Source: Raillietiella orientalis (taxonomy: Eukaryota). From it: a stretch of DNA of 51,351 nt. Every line of letters begins with the position of its first letter. Position 1 is the first letter of the stretch. The position numbers and the translations under genes were made by a program. The notes beneath the pieces were generated by a model, which was not told the origin of the DNA, made no database searches, and worked only from the letters and a program-made list of their open reading frames with translations. The stretch covers positions 930,001 to 981,351 of the forward strand of contig JAYWIR010000054.1 in assembly GCA_036172245.1 (NCBI GenBank), written 5' to 3'. This document shows positions 35,603 to 48,676 of this stretch, piece after piece.

Positions 35603-38600
35603 TCACTCGTCGCTGTGGGGAGGGCCCATCCGTCGAAAGAAGCCCTCGAGCTGTGTCTGCATATTCCACAGTTGGGGCCATTCGGCAGCTCTTCGCAAGA
35701 AGCGTTGGGCATACGGGATGACATCCCTCGCCTGTGGTCCCACTCCTTCGTTGTTGGCGTCGCTCCATGCCGCCACGATGCCACGCAAGAACCACGAGGC
35801 TGCGATGGCTGCGGCTGGCTGCAGTGCGTCCTTCACGAAGAGGGGCCGAAGAACGTCTCTGAAGGTGCTGTTTGTAGGGAGCTCGAGGGTCGTTCCGAAC
35901 CCTTTCCAAAGGGGTCGGAGGGCAGCACAATCCACAATAAGGTGGGGGAGAGACTCCCGCTCCCCGCACCTGGCACACGCAGGATCCACAGCTCCCCTCG
36001 TCCAGTGGAAGCGGCGCGCGTTGCAGGGTAGACCCCAGTGCAAGAAGAGCAACGCCGACTCTTGCCACATGAGGGGCAGGATCCTGGATTCCTTCATCAC
36101 CGGGGGCCACTCCAGCTCATCCCTGGGGATGGCGAGCAGCTCACTCCTTCTTAATAATCCTCGCGGCTAAACGCTCGGGGTCGTGGCGTCGGCCAGTTCC
36201 CCTGTTGTCCAGCCGCTGATCAACTTCTCGCGTCCCTCGATGCAGCAGGAGACTTGGCACCTTGGCGTCCGGCTGCTGTGAAGTGCCCTCCTCAGGAAGG
36301 GCAGCGCCCTAGCTAGGCAGTTCTTCTCTGCCCATGTGCATCTTGCTGGACTTTCCAGGATATTCAGCAGCGTGCAGCGGGCGTAGGGGCTGAATCGGAG
36401 ACGATTCCACGTTTCGTAGCACCTCTGGTTAACCGCTGCCCACGTTGCAATATTCTCCTCCAGCCAGGCGGGGGAGTTCGCGGGGAAGCAAACCATCCAG
36501 CTGTTCTCCTTGGCCAATGTTGCTATGCGCCCCAGCAGTAGGCCGCATCTACGCATCTTCCGGCCACGGCTCAGAAGAAAAGGCGCGAGTCCATCGCACC
36601 GGGACACACGGCTGGCCAGGAGGAAGGACGGAGTGCACCAAATGGTGTTCCACATCCTCGTTGCGATGGCGAGTGTTCGCCACTGCAGCTGCTTCTCCAC
36701 GCGCTCTAGCGTCAGGAGGCCAAGACGGTCGTCCCGACGCGGAGCGCACAAGTCCTTCAAAGGGACTCGGGGCCTCCCCTTGCCCCAAACGGCGATACGG
36801 AGGAGGTATTTTGTCCCCTTCTTGGATTCCACGGTTGGGGTGCAAACAAAATGCAAGGGGCGGAGGATGGGGGCCGCGAAGGCGTTCCGAACCGCGGCCT
36901 GTTCCGGCAAGTGAACCTTGCCTTCCAGGAACGGGCCGATCGCCGTCTCGACTCTTTAGGGGCAGCTGGACCACGCTTCCGCAGGGGAGTAATAGTCCAA
37001 CGGAACACCAAGGTACTTGAAACACCTCGCCTTACGGATCACCAGACGGACGCAGTCCTACTGCCCTGCCCACGCCGCACCCATTGGCACAACCGAAGTC
37101 TTCGCTCTGTTAACCTGCAGTCCGGTTTCGCGGCTGAGCAGATCGAAGTAGTCTCCGACCGCCTTCGCCGGGGTGGACATTCGCAACAAGAGCAGAAGAT
37201 CGTCGGCGTACGCTGCTACGGCGGGCGTGCCGGGGCACGAGCTCGGCAAGGGGGCCAAAGTCACCCTGTACGCTCTCAGGACCAGCTCAAAGTAGGTGCT
37301 GAAGAGCAGGGGGCTGAGGCTATCTCCCTGCCTTATGCCCCGCCGTTCCGGCACGCCATACACCTGGTGTCCACTGAAAGAAACGGTAATAATCGCATTC
37401 CGACAGCAAGAGCGCAGGTAGGAAATTAGGAAGGGTGGCAAGCCCATGCGATCCAGGAGCTCCAAGAGGAGTTCCTAGTCTACACAGTCGAATGCCTTGT
37501 GGAGATCGACTGCTAGCGCTAAGGCCCTCTTCCCCGCCCGGCGGTCCCTTCCCAGCCCAGCTGGCGGCCCCAATGTGAGGTTGTTGACTTTCCCTATCCC
37601 TTTCTTTTCTCTTCTCTGCAGGTGCACCCATGTGCTTGCGAAGAAGAGGTTGGCATCCATACTTCGCCCGGGAACCGCATAAGACTGCTCCGGGCTAATT
37701 ACGGATTCTGCCACCTGCCCCAAACGCGAAGCTCATAGCTTTGCTATTAACTTCGCGTTTGTATTCACGATCGTGATCGGACCCCAGTTCTTTAAATCCC
37801 TGAGGTCTCCCCCTTTCGGAAGGAGCCTCACTCTGGCTGACCGAAACGAGGCGGGAACATCGCCTTTGTCTCGGATCAGCCTGATCAACTTAAGCAACAG
37901 GGGTGCCAGCTCTTCCGCGAAGCTCTGAAAGAGCTCCGCGAACAAGCCGTCTTCCCCTGGAGCTTTACGCCTCTTGAGCCTTTTGATACCGGCAAGAATT
38001 TCGCCGGTGGTAAAAGGCTCGTCGAGGATTTCAATCTCCTCCTCCCCTATTGCCGGGGCGCCATCCGGAAGCAAGCGCCGAGAGGCGTTTCGATCCGGGG
38101 GCTCCCTGGCGTAGAGGGAGGAATAAAAACTCCGCACGAGATGCCGTACCGACGCCGAGGAAGAATATTCCCGGCCCTGGTCGTCCAGCAAGCTGGCCGA
38201 CTCGGATTGCCAGGCTTGGCGTTCGGACCCCGGGCGGTACTCGGACAGGCGACGGACATTAGGGTTTCTCTCGTACCTACGAGCCTGTAAATAGGCCCGA
38301 TGGTTGCGAGCATCCTCGCCGAATCAGGGGGCAGGTGATCCAGGGGGAACTGCTCACAGAACTCCCGGACCGATTCGTTAAAAAGGTCCCAGTCCTGGAG
38401 ATTCCGGAGCGTGACGCCTCTCAGGTATTCGCGAAGGTGTTCCTTCGCACCTGAGAGTCGCGTCCAGTCCCCCGGCAGACGCCAATCCCTGGATGGCGGA
38501 CCTTTGTCGCGAGGCCGCATCTCGAAAATTAACCGGGAATGGGCCGACAACGTCGACGCAACCCTCCCCCGTTTGCCGACCCGTGAACACAGGTCAGCGT

Positions 38601-39200
38601 CGAGGAAGACGTGGTTGATGCTGCGGACCATTCCCCTCGCACCCGCGAACAAGTTGCGCGCACGCATGGCGGCGCTTAACTCGTTCATCGAGTTCTCTTG
38701 TGTTTCTGGCTCACCTGTTAGCAGACGGAGATTGAAATCTCCCGCTATCATGCGAGCCTTCCGCACGTTCGTGCCCGCCAGCCAGTCGCGCTTCAGGGAT
38801 TTCAGCAGCCTGGTGCGGTGGCTGTATCCCTGTTTACCGCTGGGGGCGTACACATTGGTGACGATCAGTTCGATCGAGTCCGACCAGCTGAGAATCAGCT
38901 GACCGACCCGACCGTCGTGATCGAAGCGCACGCCCTTCACGGCAGCGTCGATGCCCGGCTTCACGAAGAACGCGACCCCGCAGGTGTTGCGGATACGCAT
39001 CGCCAATACAGCCGACCCCCCGCGATCGTCTCGATTTCTCGGGCGTCTGCCGCGGTGATCACGTGGATCTCCTGCAGCAGGGCCAGGTCGAGCTCACGCA
39101 GAGTTTCTGCCGTATCTCGCCTGTTACCGTCGTCGCGCAGCCCGTTGACGTTCTAACAGGCGGCGCGTATACGACGGCGACTGGCGAGCCCAGGTGTTAC
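35603..39200 (-). pseudogene. C ORF2 (APE-RT-Cys/His finger), several stops and frameshifts
   Basis: NVYAP, AGDFN, KAPGEDG, DLHKAFD, RQGDSLSP, YADD and CARCGERESLPHLIVDC spread over ORF pieces. Confidence 0.92.
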
Positions 39201-40878
39201 TCTTGGGGAGATTGCGATGCGGTGTCCACCACCTGTTGTTGCGGGACGCTAGGTGGAGGAGGAAGGTCAGGCGCTGCTTGCACCTGGTCCCCCTCCTCCA
39301 TGGGTAACGGCGCGTCGAGCGGGTCACCCTCAGGTGAGGTCGCGCCTCCCTGCTCACCCTTCTCCATGGGGGTGGCATACTCACCGGCTTCGGAGCGTGG
39401 GAGTTCCTTGTCGGGGATTCCCACGCTACCGCTACCTTCCTGCTTCTCCTCCTCGCTGGTAGAGGGGAGGCTCCTCCTGGGTTTCAGGGACTTGCGTCCC
39501 GACTTCCTGGGGGGTGCCTTCGAGGAGGAGGATGCACTTCCGACCCCCAGGTGCGACTCACCTGTGGGGGCCTTTTTCGCGTGAGCCGGCCTTCGCACGG
39601 CCTTGCGTGAGGGGTTCTCACGCTCCGCCAGCGTGGCCGCGAGCTCCTCCGCCACCTTTACGAATGCGGCGTCCTCTTTGTCGACCGGCGCGTCGCGCGG
39701 CTCACCCTCTGTTTGCACAGAGGGTTCGCCGTCGCGAACTTCGGGCGCGACGGAAACGGCGAGGGGAGGCTCGTCGCCCCGGGTGGCATCATCCGGAACG
39801 ACGAAACGTTGCAGTGCCACCGTGCACTCGCGTACGGTTTCCGAACGCGGCCCGGGTTTTTTGCCTTACCGGCCGGCTTCAATTTTTTCTCCTTTAAAGG
39901 AGCTTTCCTCTCTTTTCTGGCTGCTACAAGTTGCCAGCTCTCTTCACTTTCCGCCTCTTGGAATGGTTTATCCTCAGTCTTTTCTTTTGGAGGTTGAGGA
40001 TCTGGCAGCTTCAGCCAGCCAGCGTCCGCCTTAGGTCTTGTGACCTTTACTGCGCGTTTCCCCTGCGCCTTTTTCGCGGCAGGAGGAACCGGGGTGGGGC
40101 GTTTTGGGCACATACGTCGAACGTGGCGCTTCTCCCTGCACATGTGGCATTGGATGTTAGGACACCTCTTGCGAAGGTGTCCTACGGTATAGCAGTAGCC
40201 GCAATACCGGGGCTTTCCCACGTACCAGAGGTCCACGCTCTCTTGCGCGACCTCCAGCTTGTGGGGAATCCCACAGTCCTTACTCACGGTTACCCGCGCT
40301 GCAGCATTGCCTCCGGAATGGCTATTGAAGCCTTCAAAGATTGTTGGCTTAGACCACAGCGCGTGCACCTCGCCGAACTTCCGAAGTTCTTGTGCTACCG
40401 CAGAGCGAGCCATACGGCTCGTTATTCCAGTGAGATGGACCACCACGGAGCGTTCCATCGTCACCGGCAAGATCTTGCGGCCGTCGACGTTTAACGGGTT
40501 GGTGATTAGAGCCTGAGCCGAGGTGATCTGCTTGCACACCACCTCGACTCGCTGACCTCCGCTGGGAACGGAGAAACCGTCAAGATCTTGTTCTTTTACT
40601 CCGGCGTTTTGCAGCGCTTTCGAAAACGCGCGTGCCGATTTTCCTTCAAATAAGGGGCCTACCTGGTACATTAAGCTGGGCTTGTACCCAGCTGCCCGGT
40701 AAACCGCCATCTTGGCCACGGTTTCCGGGCTCGGCGCGGCCACCATGGCGCTCCAGCTCCTAGACTTATGCGGCGAGGGCGATTCCGGGGCGGACGCCCC
40801 TGATTCTGTAGGCTGTTGGAGTGGGCAAGCCTCCCACACACCTACCTCCATCGTGGTGACCTCAGGCATCGCTGCCAT
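39197..40878 (-). pseudogene. C ORF1 (two CCHC knuckles; frameshift near 39880)
   Basis: MAAMPEVTTMEV...CGYCYTVGHLRKRC..CHMCREKRHVRRMC; tail in ORF 39197..39820. Confidence 0.88.
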
Positions 40879-40985
40879 CGGACACCAACGATGTTCCACA
40901 CGAACACACACAAAGAAAAAGCCGCTTCCTGTCGACTCACTCGGGAGCGAAGGAAAAAGACGTATACTCGCCAAGGGATTCGGCG

Positions 40986-43096
40986 ATGCCACCCAGATAC
41001 GCCAAGACGTTTATTCAAAACATTTCAACAGTCAATACAGAACGTGGTACAAGGACCCACTGACGGCCACGCAATACCGGAACTGCCGGGACACCGGGAC
41101 GCAGCCCGTTGTGGCTCCCCTCGGCATTAAAGGGGGATGAGGGAGAAAACAAAAATAAAATAAAAGAGAAAAACAGACCACAAAAAAAGTTTGGAGGGCC
41201 GCGAAGGGATCACAGAAAACTGCTGGGAGCGCCTATCCTTTGCAGGATGCCTTCTGGTTCCATTTTCAGGTTTCCTAGATTGGGTCATCGGTAGCTCTCT
41301 GCAGGAAGCGAGAAGCATACTCGATGACGTCCTTCACGATGCAGTCTTCATCTTCGGCATCACTCCAGGCCGCATCGATACCACGAATGCAGCAAAGTGC
41401 TGCCAGGGCTGCAGCTGGACTAGGGGCGTCCCGCACGAAGACATGACTGGAGACATATCCAACATTGCCACCATCAGGTATTGCAAGGGCCCTTTTAAGA
41501 CGATACCCAAGAATCCGGACGGCAGGGCATTCAACTAAGAGGTGGGGGAGCGACTCTTGCTCCCCACACTTGGCACACGCAGGATTTACTCTTCCCCGCG
41601 TCCAGTGGTAGCGGCGCGCGTTGCAGGGTAGACCCCAATGCAGCCACAGAAGCGCCGATTCTTGCCACTTCAGGGGAAGAATCCTGGATCCAAGTAGAAC
41701 CGGGGGCCACTTCAGGTCATCCAATCGAATGCCGAGCAGCTGCCCCATCTTCTTAATCCACGCGGCTGGAGACTAGGGGTCGTTGCATCTGTCAACTCTC
41801 CCATGGTCCAGCCGCTCATCATCTTCTCTCTGCCTACGATACGGCAGCAGATTTGCCAATTTGGCTTCCGGCTTCAATGAAGCGTTCTTTGGAGGAAGGG
41901 CATCGTCGTAACAAGGGGTGTGCCTTCCGCCTACGTGCAACTCGGTGGAAATTCAAGAATTTCAAGAAGAGTTCGGCGGGCGTAAAAGCCGACTCGCAGG
42001 CAGTTCATCGGTCTTTGCACCTCTGGTTCTGCTTGGCCCAGGTGCCAGCAGTCTCTTCCAGACAAGTGGAGGAGTAGGCAGGGCCACAAACCATCCAGTC
42101 ATTCTCCTTTGCCAGGGTTGGCATGCGGCCGAGCATTAGACCGCATCTTCGAATCTTCCGGCCAGGGCACAGAAGAAACGATGCGAGTCCTTCGCAGCGG
42201 GACACACGCCTGGCCAGGAGGCGGAACGGAATGCACCAAGCGGTGCTCCACATCTTCGCTGCGATAGCGAGGGTCCGCCATCGCAGCTGGATTTTTTACG
42301 CGCTCCAGCGTGAGGATGCTGAGACCGCCGTCATGATGCGGAACGCACAAGTCCTTCAAAGGGACTCGGGGCCTCCCCTTGCCCAAAAGAGCTATGCGAA
42401 GGAGGTCCTTCGTCCGCTTTTTTGATTCCACGGGGGCGGGGCGAACAAAAAGCAAGGAGCGGAGAATGCGGGCCACGAAGGCGTTCCAAACCGCGGCCCG
42501 TTCCGGCAAGTGGAACTTGCCTTCCAGGAACGGGCTGATCGCCGTCTCGACTTTTTGGAGGCAGCTGGACCACGCTTCCGCAGGGGAGAAGTTCCCTAAC
42601 AACACACCGAGGTACTTGATGCACCTCACCGTGGGGATCCCCAGACGGACCCAGTCATGCTGTCCTGCCCACGACGCTCCAACTGGCAACACTGACGACT
42701 TCGCGCTGTTAACCTGTAATCCGGCACCACGGCTAAGCAGGTCGAAGAAATTTCCGACCGCCTTCGTCGGGGTGGACATAGGTAAGAGGACAGAAGATCG
42801 TCGGCACACGCCGCTACCGATGGCGTGCCGGGGCACGAGCTTGGTAAGGGGGCCAAAGTAACCCTGTACGCTCTCAGCATTAATTCAGCGTAGGTGCTAA
42901 AAAGCAGGGGGCTGAGGCTGTCGCCTTGCCTTCTGCATCGCCTCACCGGCACGCCATACACCTTTTGTCCACTGAAAGTAATCGAGATTGTCGCGTTCCG
43001 CCAGCAAGAGCGCAGGTAGGTAATCAAGGAGGGTGGGAAGCCCATGCGTCCCAGGAGCTCCAAGAGGAGTTCCTGTTCAACACAGTCGACCGCCTT
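40986..43096 (-). mobile_element. Element B, 3' half (RT from D-CVEQELLLELL to the 3' end)
   Basis: RQGDSLSP, CADD, KYLG, CAKCGEQESLPHLLVEC; terminal hairpin at 40990-41015. Confidence 0.9.
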
Positions 43097-43193
43097 TTGC
43101 GCGCTAGGGCGGACGTGTTTTCTCGGTGCTCCTCGTGCCAGGAAGTCTCCCCCAGTGCAAGCGTCGTATGGTTCGGTGGTCGATCAGGCAGCG

Positions 43194-44863
43194 ATGCCTG
43201 AGGCGTCCACCAGGGATAGCCAGGAGGCAGCGGCAACGCCGCCCCCAGAGGCGATGGAGAGCCAGAGGGCAGGGGAAACGTCGCCCCCAGAGGCGATGGA
43301 GGTGAAAGCATCCGCCCCCACAGAATCGGTCTCCGCTGCAGCGCGGGCGTAAAGCGCCGTTGTGTCGGCGCCATCGCCTGCAGCCGCGGCGGAATTGTCG
43401 GCCTATGTGGAGGAGGGGTACAACCCCTCATTGTTCTACAAGGTAGGCAATTTATATTCTTTAGAGAGCGCGCGCGCCTTATGGAAGGGCATGCGCGCTC
43501 TCGGTGTCAAAGAGGAGGAGCTCAGCGCTATGACCATCCGCAGCGGGGGTCAGTACTTTGAGGTCATCTGCAAACATGCAGAGCTGGCCCAACGACTGCT
43601 TAAAACTCCTGTTGTGATGGAGACGCGCAGGCTCCTCCCTACTACGGCGGACCGCAGCATGGTGGTCCACCTGTTAGGCGTAACCGTGCGAATGCGCAAA
43701 GAACAGGTTCGCGCCGCTTTGGAACAGTTCGGAACGGTCCACGCGCAGTGGACGAAAGTAAGTCCTTCTAAGGACTACACGGAGCTGCAGCACGGCCTCA
43801 CTGCTGCGCGCGTGACCGTTCGGGAAGGCTGCACTGTTCCCCACAAACTAGTGGTCGAAGGCGAAACCGTCGACCTCTGGTGTGTCGGGAAGCCGAAATA
43901 CTGTGGCTTCTGCAATACGTCGGGCCACCTCAAAAAGAGGTGTCCCAATGTGCAGTGCCAAGTATGCGGCACAATGGGCCACACGAGGGAGATGTGCCCA
44001 AAAGCAGCAGTGCGGGTGGTTTCCGAAAGAAACCTTAAAAAACGCGCCCGGCTTCTGCAGAAAAGGCTGGCGGCGAAAGCTGCCGCGAAGGCTGTGCCAA
44101 TCGCGCCCAAGACCCAGGCCGCACCCGTGACCCCGGCGACCAACGCCGAAAAAGTTGAGGGAGACGCCCAGGAGACTGGGTGGCAAGTGGCAGCGGACAA
44201 AAAATCAAAGAAGGAGAGGAGGATGGAATAGAAAATCGCCTACCAACAGAAGAAGAAAGAGCAGGGTAGCGCGATAATTAAAAAGTGCAGCGTCGTTGTC
44301 GAACGCGTTCTCGATGTTGCCGAACGCTGCCGGAAAGAACTCGCCGCTACCGACGACCTCCCCTCTGTTGACACAGTCAACAGCGAGGGGAGCGAGCCGG
44401 CGGCGGCGTCCGTCATCGACACCACCATCGATGACGTAGCCTTCGCGCGAGCCGCGGAGGAGCTGGCAGCTTCGTTGCAGCCAGAACCCTCCAAGGCTGG
44501 CAAGAAGGCCGTAAGGCGTCCGGCCTCCCCTCAAGAGTACCCACTTCCGACCCCGAGGTGAAGGCCGGAAGCGCAGCCTCCGTTTCCACGGCACCGCGCA
44601 AGAAGGCTGGACGTAAGTCCACAAAGCCAAGGAAGCTCGATCCCCCCGTCGAAGGAGAAGATATGGCTGCCGCAAGCGAGGGTGCCATGAGCGTGGGAAA
44701 CTCTCCGGACCCGTCGCCCGAGAGACTTCTACGCGCGGACACGGAGGGGATGGAGGGGGTGAAGGAGGAGGAGGCCGAACAGGTGCCTCAGGTGCCTGAG
44801 AAGACCGAAACCCCCATGGACATCCCGCCCGCCTCGCAAGAGGACGGCTCCCCCACACCTTAA
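43194..44863 (+). pseudogene. A2 ORF1 (two CCHC knuckles; stops at 43350 and 44229, frameshift near 44530)
   Basis: CGFCNTSGHLKKRC..CQVCGTMGHTREMC. Confidence 0.88.
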
Positions 44864-44877
44864 TCTTCCCAGCAGTA

Positions 44878-47800
44878 ATGCCGGGAATCTCCTACCGCCG
44901 TCGTCAGCGCATCGCCGTTTGGAACGTGAACGGTATGACAGACGCCGGCAGGAGACGAGACATGGCCGCCCTTCTGGAGTCCTACGACCTTGCGCTGCTG
45001 CAGGAGATCCACGTGATCTCTGCAGAACAAGCGCAAGAGATCGAACGGATCTCCGGATGGCGGCTATGGTACAGGTGTGGGAGACCGAAAAGTTGCGGTG
45101 TCGCCTACCTGCTTCGGCCAGCCGCCGAAGACGCGGCTCGGGGCGTGCAGTTCGACGATCACGGTCGTGTCGGCCAGCTGACTCTCAGGTGGTCCGACTC
45201 GATCGACCTGATCGTCACGAACGTGTACGCACCGAGCGGCAAGGACCTGATGAACAGGAGGGCGAAAAAAGAGTTTTTCCTTGCCCTCCGGCGAGACTGG
45301 CTGACCGAAGCAAGCGTGCGGAATGCCCATCTGGTTGCAGGAGATTTCAACGTTCGCCTGAAACCAGATGAGCAGAATCCCGACCGTGATCTGGTCAACG
45401 AGGTGTGCATGGCGGTGCACACCTGTAATCTGTTGGCTAGTGCACCGGGGATGGAAGACAACATGGACCACGTGTTTCTTGACGAGCACCTGTGCCCTCG
45501 CGTAGGCAGGCGCGGCAAGTAACCGTGCGAGCTGTCCGACAATCGCCCGCTGGTCCTCGAGATCCATTCGCGTGACAGGGGCCCCCCTCGTCAGCGTGGC
45601 GTCTCCCAGGAAACTGTCTGAAGCTCCCGGACGCGGCGGAACATCTCCGCACGTTCATACGGAGCTTCAGGCTGCGGAAACTCCAGGATTGGGACCGCTT
45701 CAAGCGGTCGGTCCAGGAGTTCGGCGACCAGTTCCCTCTGTACCCCCTACCTACGGGTTTTGGGACCGAGGTCCGTAACGAATGAGCCTAAGTGCAGACC
45801 CGTCGTTACGCCAGGACCCCCGACATCCGCAGGCTAACGGAATACAAAGCGGGAGCCGAGAGGCAAGCCTGGCAGTCCGGATCCGCCAGCTTACTGGACG
45901 ATCAAGGCCAGAAGCACTCGGCACCTAACCAAATCCGCGGCCAGCTGCGGAGTTACTACTCCTCCCTGTATGCCAGGGCACCTCCGTAGAGGAACTTCTC
46001 ACGACTCCTGCTTCCGGAAGGCGCTCCAGCGATCGGGGATGAGCAGAGAAAGACCCTCGACGAGCCTTTCACGATGGACGAGATCCTCTCGGCCATCGGA
46101 AAGCTCAAGATGCGAAAGGCTCCAGGGAAGGACGACCTGCCCGCGGAGTTTTATCAAGCTTTCGCGGCTGAGCTAACCCCCCTGGTACAGAAACTTACCA
46201 TGCTCATACACGAAACAGGTGACGTTCCCGCCTCGTTTCGTTCGGCAAAAATGCGTCTCCTAACTAAGGGAGGAGATCTGAGGAGCATGAACAACAGGGG
46301 TCCCATCAAAATTGTGAATGCGGACACCAAGTTGATAGCCAAGATGTGGGCAGAGCGTCTGGGACGGGTTGCCAACATCTTCATCAGCCCTGAACAGACA
46401 TATGCTGTTCCCGGGCGAAGCATGGAGGCGAACCTGTTCCACGCTTCCACCTGGCCAGAGCTCCAACATGAAAGGAGCTTGGTGCGCAGCCGAAATTCCG
46501 TTGCGTGCGCCGGCAAGGGGTTTGATGGTCGGGTGGGGGAGGGAGCCCTTGCGGTCGCAATCTACTTGCGAAGAGCATTCGATTGGGTCGACCAGAATCT
46601 CCTTCTGGAGCTTCTGGAACGCTTGGGCTTCCCGGCCTCCTTAGTGACCTATCTGCGTTCTTGCTGGCGCGACGCGCTCATCAATGTTACTTTCAGAGGG
46701 CAGATCGTGCACGGCGTGCAGGTGCGGCGTGGGATCCGGCAGGGAGACAGCCTGAGCCCCTAGCTCTTCAGTACCTACTTTGAGTTGGTACTAAGAGCAT
46801 ACAGGTGAACTCTTACACACCTGCCGCACTACTGTGCCGGTACGCCGGCCGTTTCCGGATACCCGGACGGCCTTCTGCTGCTGCTCCCTATGTCCAACCC
46901 GGCTGCGGTGGTCGAGGAGTTCTTCGACCTGCTGCATCGGGGAACGGGACTTACGGTGAACAGGGCGAAGTCGTCCGTGATGCCAGTTGGTGCGTCCTGA
47001 GCAGGGCAGCAGGACTGGGTCCGTTTTGGGATCCTCACGGTGAGGTACTTCAAGTTCCTTGGTGTGCCTTTGGGGGACTACTCCCCTGCGGAAGCGTGGT
47101 CCGGCTTCCTCCAAATAGTAAAAACGGCGATGGACCCGTTCCGAGGCGGCAGGTCTTTCCGGCCTGAACGGGCCGCGGTTTGGAACACGTTCTCGCCTCC
47201 TCTCCTCCGCCTTCTGCTTTTCGTTTGCCCCCCCACAGAGAGAATTAAAAAGCGGACAAAGGACCTTCTCCGTATCTCCCTTTGGGGCAACGGGAGGGGC
47301 CCGATTCCGCTTAAAGTACTTGTGGGCTTTTCGTCGGGATGGTGGTCTGGGCCTCCTGACGCTGGAGCGGCTGGAGATTCAGCTCCAGTTCCGATTGTCG
47401 GCACTCGTTCCAGGGTTGTGATGCACCTGCTGGTGCGTCCTTGCACGTCTCCTTCTCCAGCAAGAAACCGGCAAGACGGGACTGACGTCGTTTCTTTCAC
47501 TACGTCGCCGCGTCAACCGATGCGGACTTCAGCTACGGAGGGTGGCTGCGCTGTATCGCAAAAACCCAGGATTGTTCACCTGTCGCCCTTTGAACGGTAG
47601 TGTCTGGTTGCAGGAAACCGTTCGAACGTGGGGACAGTTCGGCATGCAACGCTCCCAACAGGAACGACGTTTTCTGTTTGGGGGTTACAGAAGCTGCACG
47701 CTCCGGGATATCCTGGAGGATCCAAAGTAGAGAGCGTGGGCAGGAAGAACCCCACTCGTTGCTGCGCTGCCCTACTTGATGGAAGATCTGGACAGCGATG

Positions 47801-48459
47801 TTGCGTCGAAGTGGGTGGTTACAGTAACAATCTCCGGAAAGGAGAAGAAGATAGGAGAGTGGAAGATGGGCCAGTTATCAGACGCTGCGACCCCGAGTAT
47901 GCCTCCCAATGGACTTCTGGGCTGGGGCGCGCTGCTGGATGTTCCCATTGAACATTTGAAGTGGCCCCCGGTGCTCATGAACACTTTCGACTTCCCCTTA
48001 AAATGGCAGGAGTCGGCTCTCCTGTTGCAGCACTGGGGACTCCCCTGCAACGCCCGCCGACACCATTGGACCTGGGGAGCGGTGGACCCCAATTGCTTCA
48101 GGTGTGGGGAACGGGAGTCCCTCCCCCACCTGCTAGTGTATTGTGTTGCCCTTCGGCCCCTTTGGTTTCTCTTTGCTGCGGCCATCGAAATCCCCTGCGG
48201 CAACCCCAGAAACGCACTGAAAGCCCTCTTGGTTGCCGACGCCCTTCTGCCCGCGGCCTCGTTAGCAGATTTGAGCAGTCTACGCGGGATCGTCACCGCT
48301 TGGAGCAAGGCTACGGGAGGACAACGCGACCGAGGTGCCATCCAGCCAGCCTCCCAGTTCCTGAGGAGGGCGTCTTGATGGCCCCACCTGGAACCAGGAA
48401 TACAGAAGGAGCTTGCCGGCATCCTGCAAAGAATGCAACGGCCCCACCAGCAACTGTGA
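44878..48459 (+). pseudogene. A2 ORF2 (APE-RT-Cys/His finger), heavily disrupted
   Basis: MPGISYRRRQRIAVWNVNG...; colinear with A1 ORF2; YADD decayed to YPDG. Confidence 0.92.
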
Positions 48460-48676
48460 TCCCTTCCCTTACCCTCCCAACTTTTCTTTTCTTTTTTGTT
48501 TTGTTTTTGTTTTTCCCCCTTCCCCCTGCTGCCGTGGTTGACCGTGCCGGTCTGCGAACCGGTGATCCGGCATGCTCTGTGTTTATTCGTGCGTGGCTGG
48601 AGCAATGGTCCAGCCACCGCACGTCTTTGTAAAAGTTTATTTCACAATAAACGCCCCGGCGAAATCCGGGTGAAAA

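Larger units (their letters stand above)
35396..40975 (-). mobile_element. Full-length element C (~5.6 kb) flanked by a GGATTCGGCG duplication
   Basis: 5' UTR, ORF1, ORF2 and 3' hairpin all present. GGATTCGGCG at 35386-35395 and 40976-40985. Confidence 0.92.
43097..48676 (+). mobile_element. Full-length family A copy A2 (~5.6 kb), inserted antisense in the KAFD codons of B
   Basis: Flanks TCGACCGCCTT (43086-43096) and TCGAATGCCTT (48677-48687). B's RT is continuous across the insertion. Confidence 0.95.
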
